Shown here: piece by piece, positions 1 to 10,635 of the stretch
Position numbering within the stretch: position 1 is the first letter of the stretch
Layout of the letters: each line of letters starts with the position of its first letter
Source of the DNA: an uncultured Planctomycetota bacterium
Lineage (GTDB): Bacteria > Planctomycetota > Phycisphaerae > Tepidisphaerales > Tepidisphaeraceae
Length of the DNA stretch: 64,000 bases
NCBI GenBank assembly: GCA_963841915.1
Contig: CAWJEN010000006.1
Coordinates: 1,024,001-1,088,000, forward strand
Direction: 5' to 3'
Notes under the pieces: generated by a model
Told to the model about the DNA's origin: nothing
Seen by the model: only the letters and a program-made list of their open reading frames with translations
The model's database searches: none
Program-made: the position numbers and the translations under genes

Positions 1-267
1 GTCGGCGGTGACATGGCCGGGTTCCTGACGAACGGCGACGGTGACGACCTGCTTCGGTCGCTGGCAGCTACGCCGACGAAGCCGGAAGTCGTGACGCCCG
101 AGCCTGTTCCCGAAGCAGCCGCAGCCGACGAAGGCGAGCTGGAGCGACTTCGCGACGAACCGGTGTCAGCCGCCCCCGAGCCTGTTGCGCCTGCCCAGCC
201 GCAGAAGGACGATGACTTCCTGAGCGATCTGGCCGGTCCCAAAGAGACTGACGAGGCCGGCCGATGA
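1..267 (+). CDS. C-terminal part of a protein running in from the left edge; possibly the ABC ATPase partner of the next gene
   Basis: Frame is open from base 1; acidic Pro/Ala-rich tail; ATGA overlap with the downstream permease. ATPase identity is inferred from context only. Confidence 0.45.
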   Translation, partial: VGGDMAGFLTNGDGDDLLRSLAATPTKPEVVTPEPVPEAAAADEGELERLRDEPVSAAPEPVAPAQPQKDDDFLSDLAGPKETDEAGR

Positions 268-2132
268 CCGCGTTCGATCAGGACATCCTCGCCGGTCGGA
301 AACGACGCCAAGGCCGCGTCGGCTTTGCCAAGTACCTCGCAGGCCGAGCGACGGGTTGGATGATTGCCATCGCGGCAACACTGCTCGTCGTTTTCGTCAT
401 CGGCGGCTTCGCCGAAGCTGCTGGCGGAGACTCAGCTTTTCGTATGCCTTGGGATTGGTTGCCAGCCGTGCTCAACGGCAGCGAGCCGATGGCCCGGTGG
501 ACCGGCGTCGTTCTGACCCTCTTTCTGGGCGGCTGGCTGGCGACGATTGGCCTGAAGCTATGTCGGCTCCTGCTGTCGCTCGACATCATTGCCAGCACGG
601 CCATCGGCAGCGTCTTTACCGTCGCCCGCGCCGGACTCGACGAGGCCGTCCGCAACAGAACGGTCGTCGTGCTGCTTGGCCTGATGCTCGTCGCCTTGTC
701 CGTGCAGCCGTACCTGACGCTCGGCACAATCGAGCACCCGCTACGCGACACTATTCGCTTCACACTGTCGTACAGCGGCTTCATTGCCGCGCTGTTTTTG
801 GGCGGCGTGACTATCTTCTTGGCCACCAGCGGCGTGGCCAGCGACTTTTCTGCCCGCCGGGCCGGCAGCGTTTTCGTCAAACCCGTTCCACGGTGGGGCT
901 ACTTGCTAGGCCGCTGGCTCGGCACGGTGGTGCCGATGGCGGTGCTCGTCATCGTCTGGGCGGTGGTAACCCTATTCATCTCGACGGTTTGGCTGAATCA
1001 TCAGACCGCCCTGGACATTCAAGATCGCGACTTCATCTCGAATCAGGTGCTCGTCGCACGGGCCGAGACGGAGGCGCAGCCGGACGAGTCGCTTCAGGAC
1101 CGCGTTCGTGATCGGGTGATGACGCTCCGCGAAACGGATCCGGACCGCGTGGCCCGTCGTGGCGAAGCGAACCTGGTCCAGGACCTGCTTAACGAGGAGC
1201 GACTTTCGTTCCTCGCCCTGCAGTACGATGAGACGAAGTCGTACCGGTTCCCGGGCCTGGGAGAAGTTCGCCAGCGGGCGCTGGCATTGGAGGCTGAGCT
1301 GAAGGCAGATGCCCAGGAGATCAGCGACCGGCTCAAGGAGATTAATGTCGACTTGAAACCGAATGCCGTAACGCTTGCGAGCGTTCTACCCTTTGGTGAG
1401 TTCCTTGATCTCGACCTGTCGCAGGGCCAATTGCAATTGCAGTTCAGCGTCCGCGGGAGCAACACCTACGGTTCGACGAACGGCGTGGTGAGTCTCGAAG
1501 CTGCGGGCGCCGTGCTCACGGTCAATTATCTTATCGACCGCGTTCAGACGTATTCGCTTCCCGCCACCTTTATTGATGAAGACGGGACGTTGGAGTTGTC
1601 GGTGAAGAATCGAGGCTTCATCCGAAACGACACGCTGCAGCAGGTTCCGATTCAGTTCGAGGCTGATACGTGGCTGAGTATCTTCTCAGTCCGCGGTGAC
1701 TTCGGCGGCAACGTGCTGCGGCAGGCGATACTGCTGTGGACACGCCTCTGCTTCCTGGCGATGTTGGCCACGGTTGCGGCATCGGTAATGAGCTTTCCCG
1801 TGGCCACGACGTTGTCGCTAGCGCTTTGGACGCTGGCGGCCGGTGGTACCTGGCTGCAGAGGACGCTGCAATCCGGCGTCGGCCGAAGCGGCGACAACGT
1901 TGCCGGCTCTGCGTTCGAGATGTTCCTGGTCCCGATCGCTCAGGGGCTTGCGTGGCTCATGAGCGGCTTCAGCAAGGTCGACGGCATCTCCCGGCTTAGC
2001 CAAGGCTTGTACTTGTCTTGGAACGACGTGCTCTACCACGTCTTGACCGTCGGGCTGCTATGGACCGCCATCGCATTTGCCGTCGGTTGGGTGCTATTCT
2101 CGCGACGCGAGATCGCACGCGTGCAGGTCTAA
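264..2132 (+). CDS. ABC-2-type transporter permease-like membrane protein
   Basis: 622 aa with many TM segments, an 'SVFVKPVPRWGYLLGRWLG' ABC-2-like motif and a large soluble loop. Confidence 0.7.
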   Translation: MTAFDQDILAGRKRRQGRVGFAKYLAGRATGWMIAIAATLLVVFVIGGFAEAAGGDSAFRMPWDWLPAVLNGSEPMARWTGVVLTLFLGGWLATIGLKLCRLLLSLDIIASTAIGSVFTVARAGLDEAVRNRTVVVLLGLMLVALSVQPYLTLGTIEHPLRDTIRFTLSYSGFIAALFLGGVTIFLATSGVASDFSARRAGSVFVKPVPRWGYLLGRWLGTVVPMAVLVIVWAVVTLFISTVWLNHQTALDIQDRDFISNQVLVARAETEAQPDESLQDRVRDRVMTLRETDPDRVARRGEANLVQDLLNEERLSFLALQYDETKSYRFPGLGEVRQRALALEAELKADAQEISDRLKEINVDLKPNAVTLASVLPFGEFLDLDLSQGQLQLQFSVRGSNTYGSTNGVVSLEAAGAVLTVNYLIDRVQTYSLPATFIDEDGTLELSVKNRGFIRNDTLQQVPIQFEADTWLSIFSVRGDFGGNVLRQAILLWTRLCFLAMLATVAASVMSFPVATTLSLALWTLAAGGTWLQRTLQSGVGRSGDNVAGSAFEMFLVPIAQGLAWLMSGFSKVDGISRLSQGLYLSWNDVLYHVLTVGLLWTAIAFAVGWVLFSRREIARVQV

Positions 2133-2179
2133 GCGGCATCGGCCGCAACTAATCTGGGGTCGGCAACGTATACCTACGT

Positions 2180-4126
2180 ATGAGGAACGCCCTGACGATC
2201 ACTGGTGGCATCGGCATCTTTGCCGCCTGCGTCGCGGCGGCGGGCATGCTGACCCAGTCGATCAACCAGCAACGCAAGGACAACAACCTTGCCGTCAGCG
2301 ACAACATCTACGACCTGCCGCCCGAGCACGCTGTCACGCAGGCAGGTCTTGGCATCTTCCGCGGCATCGCCCTCGCGTTCGCCTGGCAGCGAATGGAGGA
2401 TCTGAAGAACGAAGGTAACTACTCCGAGGCCGTCCAGCTCGGCGAGTGGATCACGAAGCTGCAACCCAAGTTCGCCCGTGTCTGGGAGTTTGTCAGCTGG
2501 AATCAGGCGTACAACATCTCGGTCGGCACCCACACGCCCGACGAGCGGTGGTTCTGGGTGCGAAGCGGCATTGACCTGCTGCAGCGCAAGGGCGGCGGGA
2601 TCGACTCGAATCCTGACAATCTTCGCCTCTATCAGCAGCTGGCTTGGATTTACCACCACAAGGTGGGCATGTTCCAGGACCAATACAACTGGTACTACAA
2701 GCGGAACGTCGCCAGCGAGTTCAACGCCATTCTCGGCGAGCCTCCCCGGAATCGCCAGCTCAATGTCGCCTGGCTCGAAGCCATCGCCGCCTCACCCGAC
2801 AGCGAGCAGCTACTCGGCGACGAAGCCCGGCGGCTGCTGCGTTACATGCGGGATAAAACTGCCGGCGACGTGGTAGACCAACTCCGCGACTTCACCGTCG
2901 CCAGCGTGCTCGTGCCGATCGAGACGCCCGAGGGGCAGGAAGACAGCGCATTCACCGCCGGAGAGCTGGAACCGCCGCAGGCGTTTCCGGAGTGGGCCGA
3001 GCAGGAGACAATTGATGAAACGATTGCATTTCTCCGAAAGAAGGCCTTAAAGAGCGACCGCCTGAACATGGACCTCGACGCGATGATTCGCGATGCCGAC
3101 GAACTGGGAGCCATTGACTGGCGGCACCCGGCGGCGCACTCAATTTACTGGGCTCGCCGCGGTCTTGAGCGAGTTGAAGAAGACGAGGGCCGAAGCCTGG
3201 AAGGCCAAACAAACCTTCGCCGGCAGGTCCTCAACAGCCTCAACGGGCTGGCACGCGAAGGACGCGTCGTCTACGACCCGTTGCAGAACTACGTGAGCTA
3301 CACACCTGACTGGCCGTTTTGGCTGGACTTTGAGCGGTATTACGTGATGGTCCAGGACGCGGAGCTCGAAGCCGCCCGTGCGGCCGGCGTAGAGCCGGGT
3401 GAGCTGGAGACGCTTCGAACAGAACGCATGTACGGCAGCGGCTTCCGCAACCGCATGGACGCCGCCATCGCCGACGCTGAGCTGTACGGCGACCGCGACA
3501 TGGCCGATGAGCTTTTCCTCCGGATGGCCCGGCGGTACGAGGGCACGCGGTTCGAAGAGCGATACAACGTCGGCCTCGACGAGTTCCTCGAAAAGCAGTG
3601 GAACGACACGATCGAAAATCCTGACACCGCCCGAGCCACCATCTCGGCCATGCTGGTGCAGGCGCTGTCGTCGCTCTACCTCGTGCGGCAACCCGAACGG
3701 TACGACCAGCTTGTTGCCAAGGCCCTCGATCTGCACGAGGGCTGGCGGAAGCTCAACCCGGACCCGAACGACCCGCTGTATCAGGAGGTGCCGCCCTTCC
3801 CGTCGCTCATCGCAGAGGCCTACGGCAACTTCCTCACCGGCAAGAGTGGTCAGGTCGTCGTGGAACGCATTCCGCTGGAGATTCGGGCAGGGGTCTGGGC
3901 TTCACTGGGCGATTCTGAGGATGTTCAAGTCGCGCTGTTTCGCTCGAACTTTGGCCAAGAGATGTACCGGCAAGCCGCCGCCGAGGGATATGACCCGTCG
4001 CTGGTGTTCCCGCCACCGCCGAGCCTGCGATTCACCGACGAGCTTAAAAAGTCCGTGTCCGGTGATAAGGACCTCAATCGCGAACTTGAAGAAGGTACCG
4101 ATTTAGCCGAGCAGGAGATCAAGTAG
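2180..4126 (+). CDS. Conserved hypothetical protein with N-terminal anchor and helical/TPR-like region
   Basis: 648-aa ORF with high-GC codon usage, N-terminal hydrophobic segment, 'LQPKFARVWEFVSWNQAYNISV' block; directly after the permease. Confidence 0.65.
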   Translation: MRNALTITGGIGIFAACVAAAGMLTQSINQQRKDNNLAVSDNIYDLPPEHAVTQAGLGIFRGIALAFAWQRMEDLKNEGNYSEAVQLGEWITKLQPKFARVWEFVSWNQAYNISVGTHTPDERWFWVRSGIDLLQRKGGGIDSNPDNLRLYQQLAWIYHHKVGMFQDQYNWYYKRNVASEFNAILGEPPRNRQLNVAWLEAIAASPDSEQLLGDEARRLLRYMRDKTAGDVVDQLRDFTVASVLVPIETPEGQEDSAFTAGELEPPQAFPEWAEQETIDETIAFLRKKALKSDRLNMDLDAMIRDADELGAIDWRHPAAHSIYWARRGLERVEEDEGRSLEGQTNLRRQVLNSLNGLAREGRVVYDPLQNYVSYTPDWPFWLDFERYYVMVQDAELEAARAAGVEPGELETLRTERMYGSGFRNRMDAAIADAELYGDRDMADELFLRMARRYEGTRFEERYNVGLDEFLEKQWNDTIENPDTARATISAMLVQALSSLYLVRQPERYDQLVAKALDLHEGWRKLNPDPNDPLYQEVPPFPSLIAEAYGNFLTGKSGQVVVERIPLEIRAGVWASLGDSEDVQVALFRSNFGQEMYRQAAAEGYDPSLVFPPPPSLRFTDELKKSVSGDKDLNRELEEGTDLAEQEIK

Positions 4127-4159
4127 CCTCTCCTGCCTCCCGCTAGGCTACCGGGCTGC

Positions 4160-6007
4160 ATGACGGACCGACGCCTGCTGCCGACGCTCGCCCTTGTCGC
4201 CGGCCTGGCCATGACAGTCGGCATGGCCGCCCCGGCCACGCTTCCTTGGCGGCTGCTGTTCATCGCTGGTTCGGTCGGCCTGTCCGTCGTCATGCTGCTA
4301 GCGTGGCGGAGCGGTCGCGTGTCATTGCCGACGGTCTTGTGCGTCGGCGTATTGCTTCGTCTGATCGTGCTGCCGATCGCGCCGACACTGTCCGATGATG
4401 TGTGGCGTTATCTCTGGGACGGCCTCGTCACCGCGACCGGGGGCAACCCATACTTGTCGCTGCCGAGCGATTCGATCAACGCCGAGTTGTCGTCGCTCGT
4501 GCCGCTCGACCGGCTCAACAGTGGTCGCTACTACAGCGTCTATCCGCCGGTCTCGCAGTATCTCTTTGCAACCGCAGGCACAGCCATTCGATTCTTCGGA
4601 TCGGCGATGGCTGGGTTGATTGTGCTGAAGCTCGTTGCCCTGCTGTGCGAGCTGCTCGTGTTGTGGCTGCTGGTCTGTCTCAAGACGCCTGCAACCCTTG
4701 TCGTGCTCTACGCGTGGAACCCGCTGGTGATTGTCGAGACGGTCGGACAGATGCACAGCGAGGCGTTCATGCTGCCGTTGCTCGTCGGCACGATCGCCGC
4801 CTGCCGCGGCGACCGCCTGCGCCTCGCGGGCGTGCTGCTCGCGGCAGCGACATGGGTCAAGCTGTTCCCGCTCCTCTTGTTGCCTTTGCTGTGGCGACGC
4901 GGCGGCTGGCGGAGCGTCTGGCCACAGATCCTCACGCTCGCGCTGCTCGCCCTGCCGTTTTACCACGGCAATGTCGTCGGCAACGTCCGTCAGTCGATTT
5001 TGCTCTACGCAACTACGTTCGATTTCAACGCGGGCCTTTATCTGCTGCTTCGGGCGGCCGTCAACGCCTTGCACGAAGGCCCGGAAAATGTCGGCCGTGA
5101 TGTCGTCGGGCCGGCGCTGCAGATCGTGCTGCTCGCTGGTGTCGTCTTGATCTACGCCTTTGACTGGTGGAAGAAGCCGTCGCTTGCTGCATCGTTCGCC
5201 CTCGTGCTGGGGCTGTTTGTCGTGACGGCGACGACGGTGCATCCGTGGTACCTGCTGGGACTCCTCGCGCTGTTGCCGCTGCAGTCCGGGCTTCGGTGGT
5301 CATGGCTTTGGCTGGCTGCGATCGCGCCGCTGACGTACCTGCGATATTTGCCCGCAGGCGAGTCAACGTATTTTGCCGCGGTCGCGGTCGGATGGTCCGG
5401 CTGGCTCGGCCTATCCGCAGTTGCCTTGCTTCCGGCTGTTCTCCGCAAACGTGCACGAAGCAAGGCGACGCGCGTCGAGGCAGCGATGGGCACGAGCATG
5501 CGAGGCCGTCGCATCCTCGATCTCGGATGCGGTGAAGGCCATGTCGGCGAGGCGCTTCGGTCTCGCGGGGCAGACGTGTCGTTCTGCGACGTTGCCGACT
5601 TCTCAGCCGACACTGCACGGCCGTTCATTCGCTATAACGGCTCTGCCCTGCCGTTCGGCGACACATCGTTCGACGTCATCGTGTTGTACTTCGTGCTTCA
5701 CCACAGCCGCGACGCAGAGCAGGTGCTGAGCGAGGCGGCGCGGGTCGGCAGCCGCGTTGTCGTGGTTGAGAGCGTGTACCGCACGGCGATCGAGTTGCGT
5801 GTCCTCACGTTCCTGGACAAGCTTGCCAATCGGCTCCGCGGCGGACAACAGATGGCGGCCCAGGAAGAGCACCTGCACTTTCGTAAAGTGGCTGATTGGC
5901 TCGCGCTGATGAAAGGCAGAGGGTTGACGGCCGATTACGTCGAGGAGCACGGCCGTTCGCCGCATCGGCAGGCAACGTTCGTCTTGCGTCAGCAGCAGCT
6001 TCTTTAG
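4160..6007 (+). CDS. GT87-like (GT-C) membrane glycosyltransferase fused to a class I SAM methyltransferase
   Basis: 'LSDDVWRYLWDG', 'YPP', 'YAWNPL', 'VHPWY' motifs; C-terminal 'ILDLGCGEG' and 'LPFGDTSFD...VLHH'. Confidence 0.75.
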   Translation: MTDRRLLPTLALVAGLAMTVGMAAPATLPWRLLFIAGSVGLSVVMLLAWRSGRVSLPTVLCVGVLLRLIVLPIAPTLSDDVWRYLWDGLVTATGGNPYLSLPSDSINAELSSLVPLDRLNSGRYYSVYPPVSQYLFATAGTAIRFFGSAMAGLIVLKLVALLCELLVLWLLVCLKTPATLVVLYAWNPLVIVETVGQMHSEAFMLPLLVGTIAACRGDRLRLAGVLLAAATWVKLFPLLLLPLLWRRGGWRSVWPQILTLALLALPFYHGNVVGNVRQSILLYATTFDFNAGLYLLLRAAVNALHEGPENVGRDVVGPALQIVLLAGVVLIYAFDWWKKPSLAASFALVLGLFVVTATTVHPWYLLGLLALLPLQSGLRWSWLWLAAIAPLTYLRYLPAGESTYFAAVAVGWSGWLGLSAVALLPAVLRKRARSKATRVEAAMGTSMRGRRILDLGCGEGHVGEALRSRGADVSFCDVADFSADTARPFIRYNGSALPFGDTSFDVIVLYFVLHHSRDAEQVLSEAARVGSRVVVVESVYRTAIELRVLTFLDKLANRLRGGQQMAAQEEHLHFRKVADWLALMKGRGLTADYVEEHGRSPHRQATFVLRQQQLL

Positions 6008-6019
6008 ACACTAATCAAC

Positions 6020-8537
6020 ATGCCGGACGTCCTGCCTTACCAAGCGAAGAAGTCACGACCGTCCGGCCCGCTCACCTGGCCACGTCGTTACGCAAACTGG
6101 CTGCACCTGCAGTGGCCCAGTGGCACCGTGGAGAAGCTGCCCGTTGCCGACCCGCAGGGTCGCACGAACGTCGACGGCCTGTCCATCGTGGGCGACCTGA
6201 CCGGCGTGCCGCTGTTGAAGCTGTCAGCGAATGCTGGTCACGACGCCGTCTGCCGAATTGCCGATGAGCTCGAGGGCGAGTCGCAGCAGGACGACGTGCT
6301 TGACGTCGCCATCATCGGCGGCGGCACCGCCGGCTTCTCCGCCGCCCTCGCCGCCGAAGAGAAGGGTCTTCGCTACTGCGTCTTCGAAGCCAGCACGCCC
6401 TTCAACACGATCAAGGACTTTCCCAAGGGAAAGCCGATTTACACGTACCCGACCAATGTGCGCACGAAGGGGTTCGAACTGCACGAGAAGTCGAACGTGA
6501 AAGAAGGTCTCGTCGAAGACCTCGAAGAGCAGACCGTCGACAAGGGTATTAGGTACGTCAAGGCTCGCGTCGACAAGATCGGGCGGCAGCGGCGGCCTGC
6601 TTGAGGTCAAACTCGCAAAGCCGGCACAGACACCCGAAGGCGTTCATCTCAATGGCACCGGCTTTGTCACCAGTGGCGAGACGGTGAAAGCCAAACGCGT
6701 CGTCGTCGCCATCGGGCGTAGCGGCAACTATCGCAAGCTCGGCGTGCCGGGCGAGGAGAAGAACGACAAAGTCACGCACCGACTGGCCGACCCGAGCGAC
6801 TACTGCAGCAAGAAGGTCCTCATCGTCGGCGGCGGTGACAGTGCGATGGAAACCGCCATCGCACTGGCCGAGTGCGGCGGTGACGTCACCCTGAGCTACC
6901 GCAAGGCAGAGTTCAACCGGCCAAAGCCTGAGAATCAGGACAAGATCGACCAGCTCCAGCAGGACGGCAAGGTCGATCTGCTGTTTAGCAGCAACGTCGC
7001 CGAGATCAAGGACGACGTCGTCGACATCAAGCTCGACGACGGCAGTACGAAGTCGGTCAACAACGATCAGGTCTTTCTAATGATCGGCCGCGAGGCGCCG
7101 CTCGACTTCTTCCGCAGAAGCGGCGTGAAGATCCGCAACGAGCGGACAGTGACCTGGTGGGTGACGCTGATCGCGTTCCTGGCGTTCTGCACCTGGATGT
7201 ACCACTGGATCAAGGGCGACCCGCTGCTCGGCATCGACGGCTGGAAGCTGCCTGCCGTCCTGCAGCCGGACCCGGCGACCTTCATCGCCAGCGTGCGAGG
7301 CGTTCTCGGCGGGTACTTCTCCGACGTCACCACGCTCGGAGGCACGATCCTCGAGTCGGCCAAAGGACGCAGCTTCTATTACACGCTGGCCTATTGCCTG
7401 CTCGTGCTGACGTTTGGCATCGACCGGTATCGCAGACGTCGCACGCCGTACGTCTTCTGGCAGACGATCACGCTGACGCTGATTCAGTGGATTCCGCTCT
7501 TCATCCTGCCCGAAATCTTATTGCCGTACCTCGGCCGCAACGGCTTCATGGACAGCGGCATCGGCGGGTGGCTCAACGCAACGCTCTTCAGCAACGAGAA
7601 CGGTCAGGGCGGCGAATGGTGGCGCGCGTACGGCCTTGTGCTCGCTTGGCCACTGATGGCGTGGAACTGGTTCACGGCCGGACCCATTTGGGGCTGGATC
7701 ATCCTCGGCTCACTGCAGACGTTCGTGCTTATCCCGGCGATGGTCTACTACTGGGGCAAAGGTGCGTACTGCGGCTGGATCTGCTCCTGCGGCGCCCTCG
7801 CCGAGACGCTCGGCGACCGCCACCGTGAGAAGATGCCGCACGGCAAATGGCCCAACCGGTTCAACCTGCTCGGGCAAGTGCTGCTCGCCTTCGGCTTCCT
7901 GATCCAGGCACTCTTCATCCTTCGATGGATGGGCGTCGGCTGGGCCAAAGATGCCAGCGACTACCTCGCCCTCACGAGCGGCCTGGGCTTCTTCAGCTGG
8001 AAGTACTTTGTCGATCTCATCTGGGCCAGCCTGCTGGGCGTGGGCGTCTACTTCTGGCTGAGCGGCCGGGTCTGGTGCCGCTTTGCCTGTCCGCTGGCGG
8101 CGCTGATGCACATCTATCACCGCTTCGGCCGCTTCGCGATTCTTGCCGAGAAGAAGAAGTGCATCTCCTGCAACGTCTGCACGAGCGTCTGTCACCAAGG
8201 CATCGATGTCATGAGCTTCGCCAACAAGGGGCGGCCGATGGTCGACCCGGAGTGCGTGCGATGCAGTGCGTGCGTACAAATGTGCCCGACGGGCGTGCTG
8301 GAATTCGGCATGATCGACCGCGACGGCAACCCGTCGTCGTGCGACCCGTCGTGGCTCGCCGCCAGCCCCGTTCGCATCCGCGAGAGCAGCTTGGGCGAAG
8401 CTGTCAGAGCTGGCGAACCATCACCCGTCGCACCCGCACCTGTCGCCACGAAGGTCCGCCTCACCGTCAACGGCAAGAAGGCCCGCAAAACCAGCGACCC
8501 ATCGCCCATCGGTTCGCTGATCGCCCGCCTCACCTGA
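6020..8537 (+). CDS. Thioredoxin-reductase-like FAD/NAD(P) oxidoreductase fused to a membrane 4Fe-4S domain; split by a frameshift at about 6581
   Basis: 'IIGGGTAG' in ORF 6020-6604; 'VLIVGGGDSA', CxxxCP-type motifs and two CxxCxxCxxxC motifs in ORF 6684-8537; the second frame is open from 6582. Confidence 0.75.
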
Positions 8538-8544
8538 CGCGTGT

Positions 8545-8964
8545 TCAATCGGCTTCCTCTGCCGCGACGACAGCCTCAGCTTCAAGCTCGACCTTTGCCT
8601 CCGGATGGGCTAGCGCCGCGACCGCGACCTGCGTCAGGCACGGGCGAACGCTCCACTCGTCGACGATCATTTCTTTAAACGATCGACCAACTTCGTCGAC
8701 GTCGTTGATGTTGGTCACGTATCCACGGACGTGGACGAGGTCGCTGCCGGTCGCTTTGCACTTGCCAAGGGCTGACAGAATGATGCGGATGGCGCGTCGG
8801 GCCTGACCCTCTGCGGTGTCGGCGAGGCTGCCGTCTTCTTCAATGCCGAGCGTTCCGGCGACGTGGATGTGCGCGCCGACGCGAACCGCTCGGCTGTAGC
8901 CGTACTTTTCTTCCCAAGCGTTGCCGGTAGTGACGGTGGTGCGTGAGTTGTCGCGGCGGGGCAT
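8545..8964 (-). CDS. RidA/YjgF-family protein
   Basis: 'WEEKYGYSRAVRVG..IHVAGT' and 'KVELEAEA' motifs. Confidence 0.85.
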   Translation of the reverse strand: MPRRDNSRTTVTTGNAWEEKYGYSRAVRVGAHIHVAGTLGIEEDGSLADTAEGQARRAIRIILSALGKCKATGSDLVHVRGYVTNINDVDEVGRSFKEMIVDEWSVRPCLTQVAVAALAHPEAKVELEAEAVVAAEEAD

Positions 8965-9012
8965 GACAATAGAGTAGTGGCCGCGGCAGTATCTGCGTGA
9001 CAGGATGCACCC

Positions 9013-10635
9013 ATGCCCGTGGCGTCCGAGTCAGCTTCACCCCCAACCCGCCTGCCGTTGGCGTGGCTGCCACCGCTGATCGGGTTGGTGTACGGCATTG
9101 TCTGCACGCTGTGGCTGATCCGCCTGCCCCAATGGACCAAGGCCGACGCCGATGAGCCTATCAACGTCGGCAAGGCTCGACTCGTTCGCGCCGGCTTCGA
9201 CCTGTACGCCGAAATCTGGTCCGATCAGCCGCCGTTGTTCACGTGGGTGCTGGCCGGCTTCGAGCACGTCGCGGGCGTGGGCCTGACGGATGACGCGTCT
9301 CGCGGCCGCCTGGTCGTGTTGGGCTTCTCGGTGATGCTCCTGACAGCCGTCTGCTTCGCCGCACGGCGGGTGGCGATCGAGGCGAATCAACAAGTCGGCC
9401 GACTCGCCGTTGCAGCCGCGACACTCTTGGCCGCAGCCCTGCTCATCGGCTCGGCCCAGTACCTGCGGCTGTCAGCCACCATCATGATCGGCCTGCCCGC
9501 TTTGTCGCTGGCCATGACGGGCATGATCTGCCTGTGGTTCGCCGGATACACGACGTCAAAAGCACGTTCGTTTGCGCTGGCTGCAATGGGTGGTGGCCTC
9601 TTCGCCGCCGGGCTGATGGTGAAGCTGAACGTGTTTCTGCTGCTCCCGGGCGTGGTCGCCCTGCTCGTACTCGGCGACCGCCGGCGGTGGCGGTTGGCCG
9701 CGTTCACAACCGCAGCAGGCGTCGTGCTTGCCGCATGCGGTGCAGCCCTGTCGTCGTCGAGTGACAACGGCGGCATGGAACTCGTCGATCAGCTCATCCG
9801 CCCGCACATGACCACCGTCACCGGTGAGGCCCCACCGCCTGACACCGCCGCCAATGATGTGTCTGCCGAGAGCGGCCAGATCTTCGTCAATCTCCAGCGC
9901 ATCGGCATCATCCTGACGCGTGACGTCGCCACCATCTGCCTAGCGCTGCTCACCATGGTCGCACTGCTTCGCACGAAGTTTCGCACGCTGCTTCCGGCGA
10001 CCTACGGGTTGATTTCCGCCTGTCTGGCCGTTGTCGCGGCGGCGCTGGTCCTGCTTCCGTTCGCCAGTCCGGTGTGGCTGCACCACATGACGATTGCAAC
10101 GGTCCCAGTTGCCATTGTCGCTGCCTGCGGCGTTGCTGTTCTCGTCGCTTCGCCGCCGATCTTCACACGTTCAACAAGGATCATGTCAAAGGTTGCCTTG
10201 GTGGCGACGCTGGTCATCGGCATCTACCGCATTGCGGTCACTGTCGACGAGCATGGTCGCGGCGTGGCGTCGCAGCCGAAGTACGAACTGCTTCAGGCAC
10301 TCAAGTCGGCTCGGAACGTGTCGGGTACGGGTTTTGGGTTCGGCGACGATCCGAACCTGCTCTTTGCCGCCGGTCGCCTGCCGTATCCCGAGGCGGCGGT
10401 GCCGTCCCTGAAGCGACGAAGCCGCGGGCTCATGAGCGACGCGATGATCCTCAACCTCATCGAGGAGAACCGGCCGGACATCATCACACTCGGGCGATTC
10501 GACTACGGCCCAACGCTCCTCGAGGCGGTCGATCGCGACTACGAACGCCTCATCGGCCCGGTGCCGAACACGCGCAGGCGAGACGTCGGCACGCTCTACA
10601 TCCGGCGAGACCTCGAGCTGCGTCAATCACCCTGA
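9013..10635 (+). CDS. ArnT/PMT-like (GT-C) membrane glycosyltransferase
   Basis: 'DADE' acidic pair after TM1, 'DQPPLF', 'GLMVK', many TM helices. Confidence 0.7.
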   Translation: MPVASESASPPTRLPLAWLPPLIGLVYGIVCTLWLIRLPQWTKADADEPINVGKARLVRAGFDLYAEIWSDQPPLFTWVLAGFEHVAGVGLTDDASRGRLVVLGFSVMLLTAVCFAARRVAIEANQQVGRLAVAAATLLAAALLIGSAQYLRLSATIMIGLPALSLAMTGMICLWFAGYTTSKARSFALAAMGGGLFAAGLMVKLNVFLLLPGVVALLVLGDRRRWRLAAFTTAAGVVLAACGAALSSSSDNGGMELVDQLIRPHMTTVTGEAPPPDTAANDVSAESGQIFVNLQRIGIILTRDVATICLALLTMVALLRTKFRTLLPATYGLISACLAVVAAALVLLPFASPVWLHHMTIATVPVAIVAACGVAVLVASPPIFTRSTRIMSKVALVATLVIGIYRIAVTVDEHGRGVASQPKYELLQALKSARNVSGTGFGFGDDPNLLFAAGRLPYPEAAVPSLKRRSRGLMSDAMILNLIEENRPDIITLGRFDYGPTLLEAVDRDYERLIGPVPNTRRRDVGTLYIRRDLELRQSP

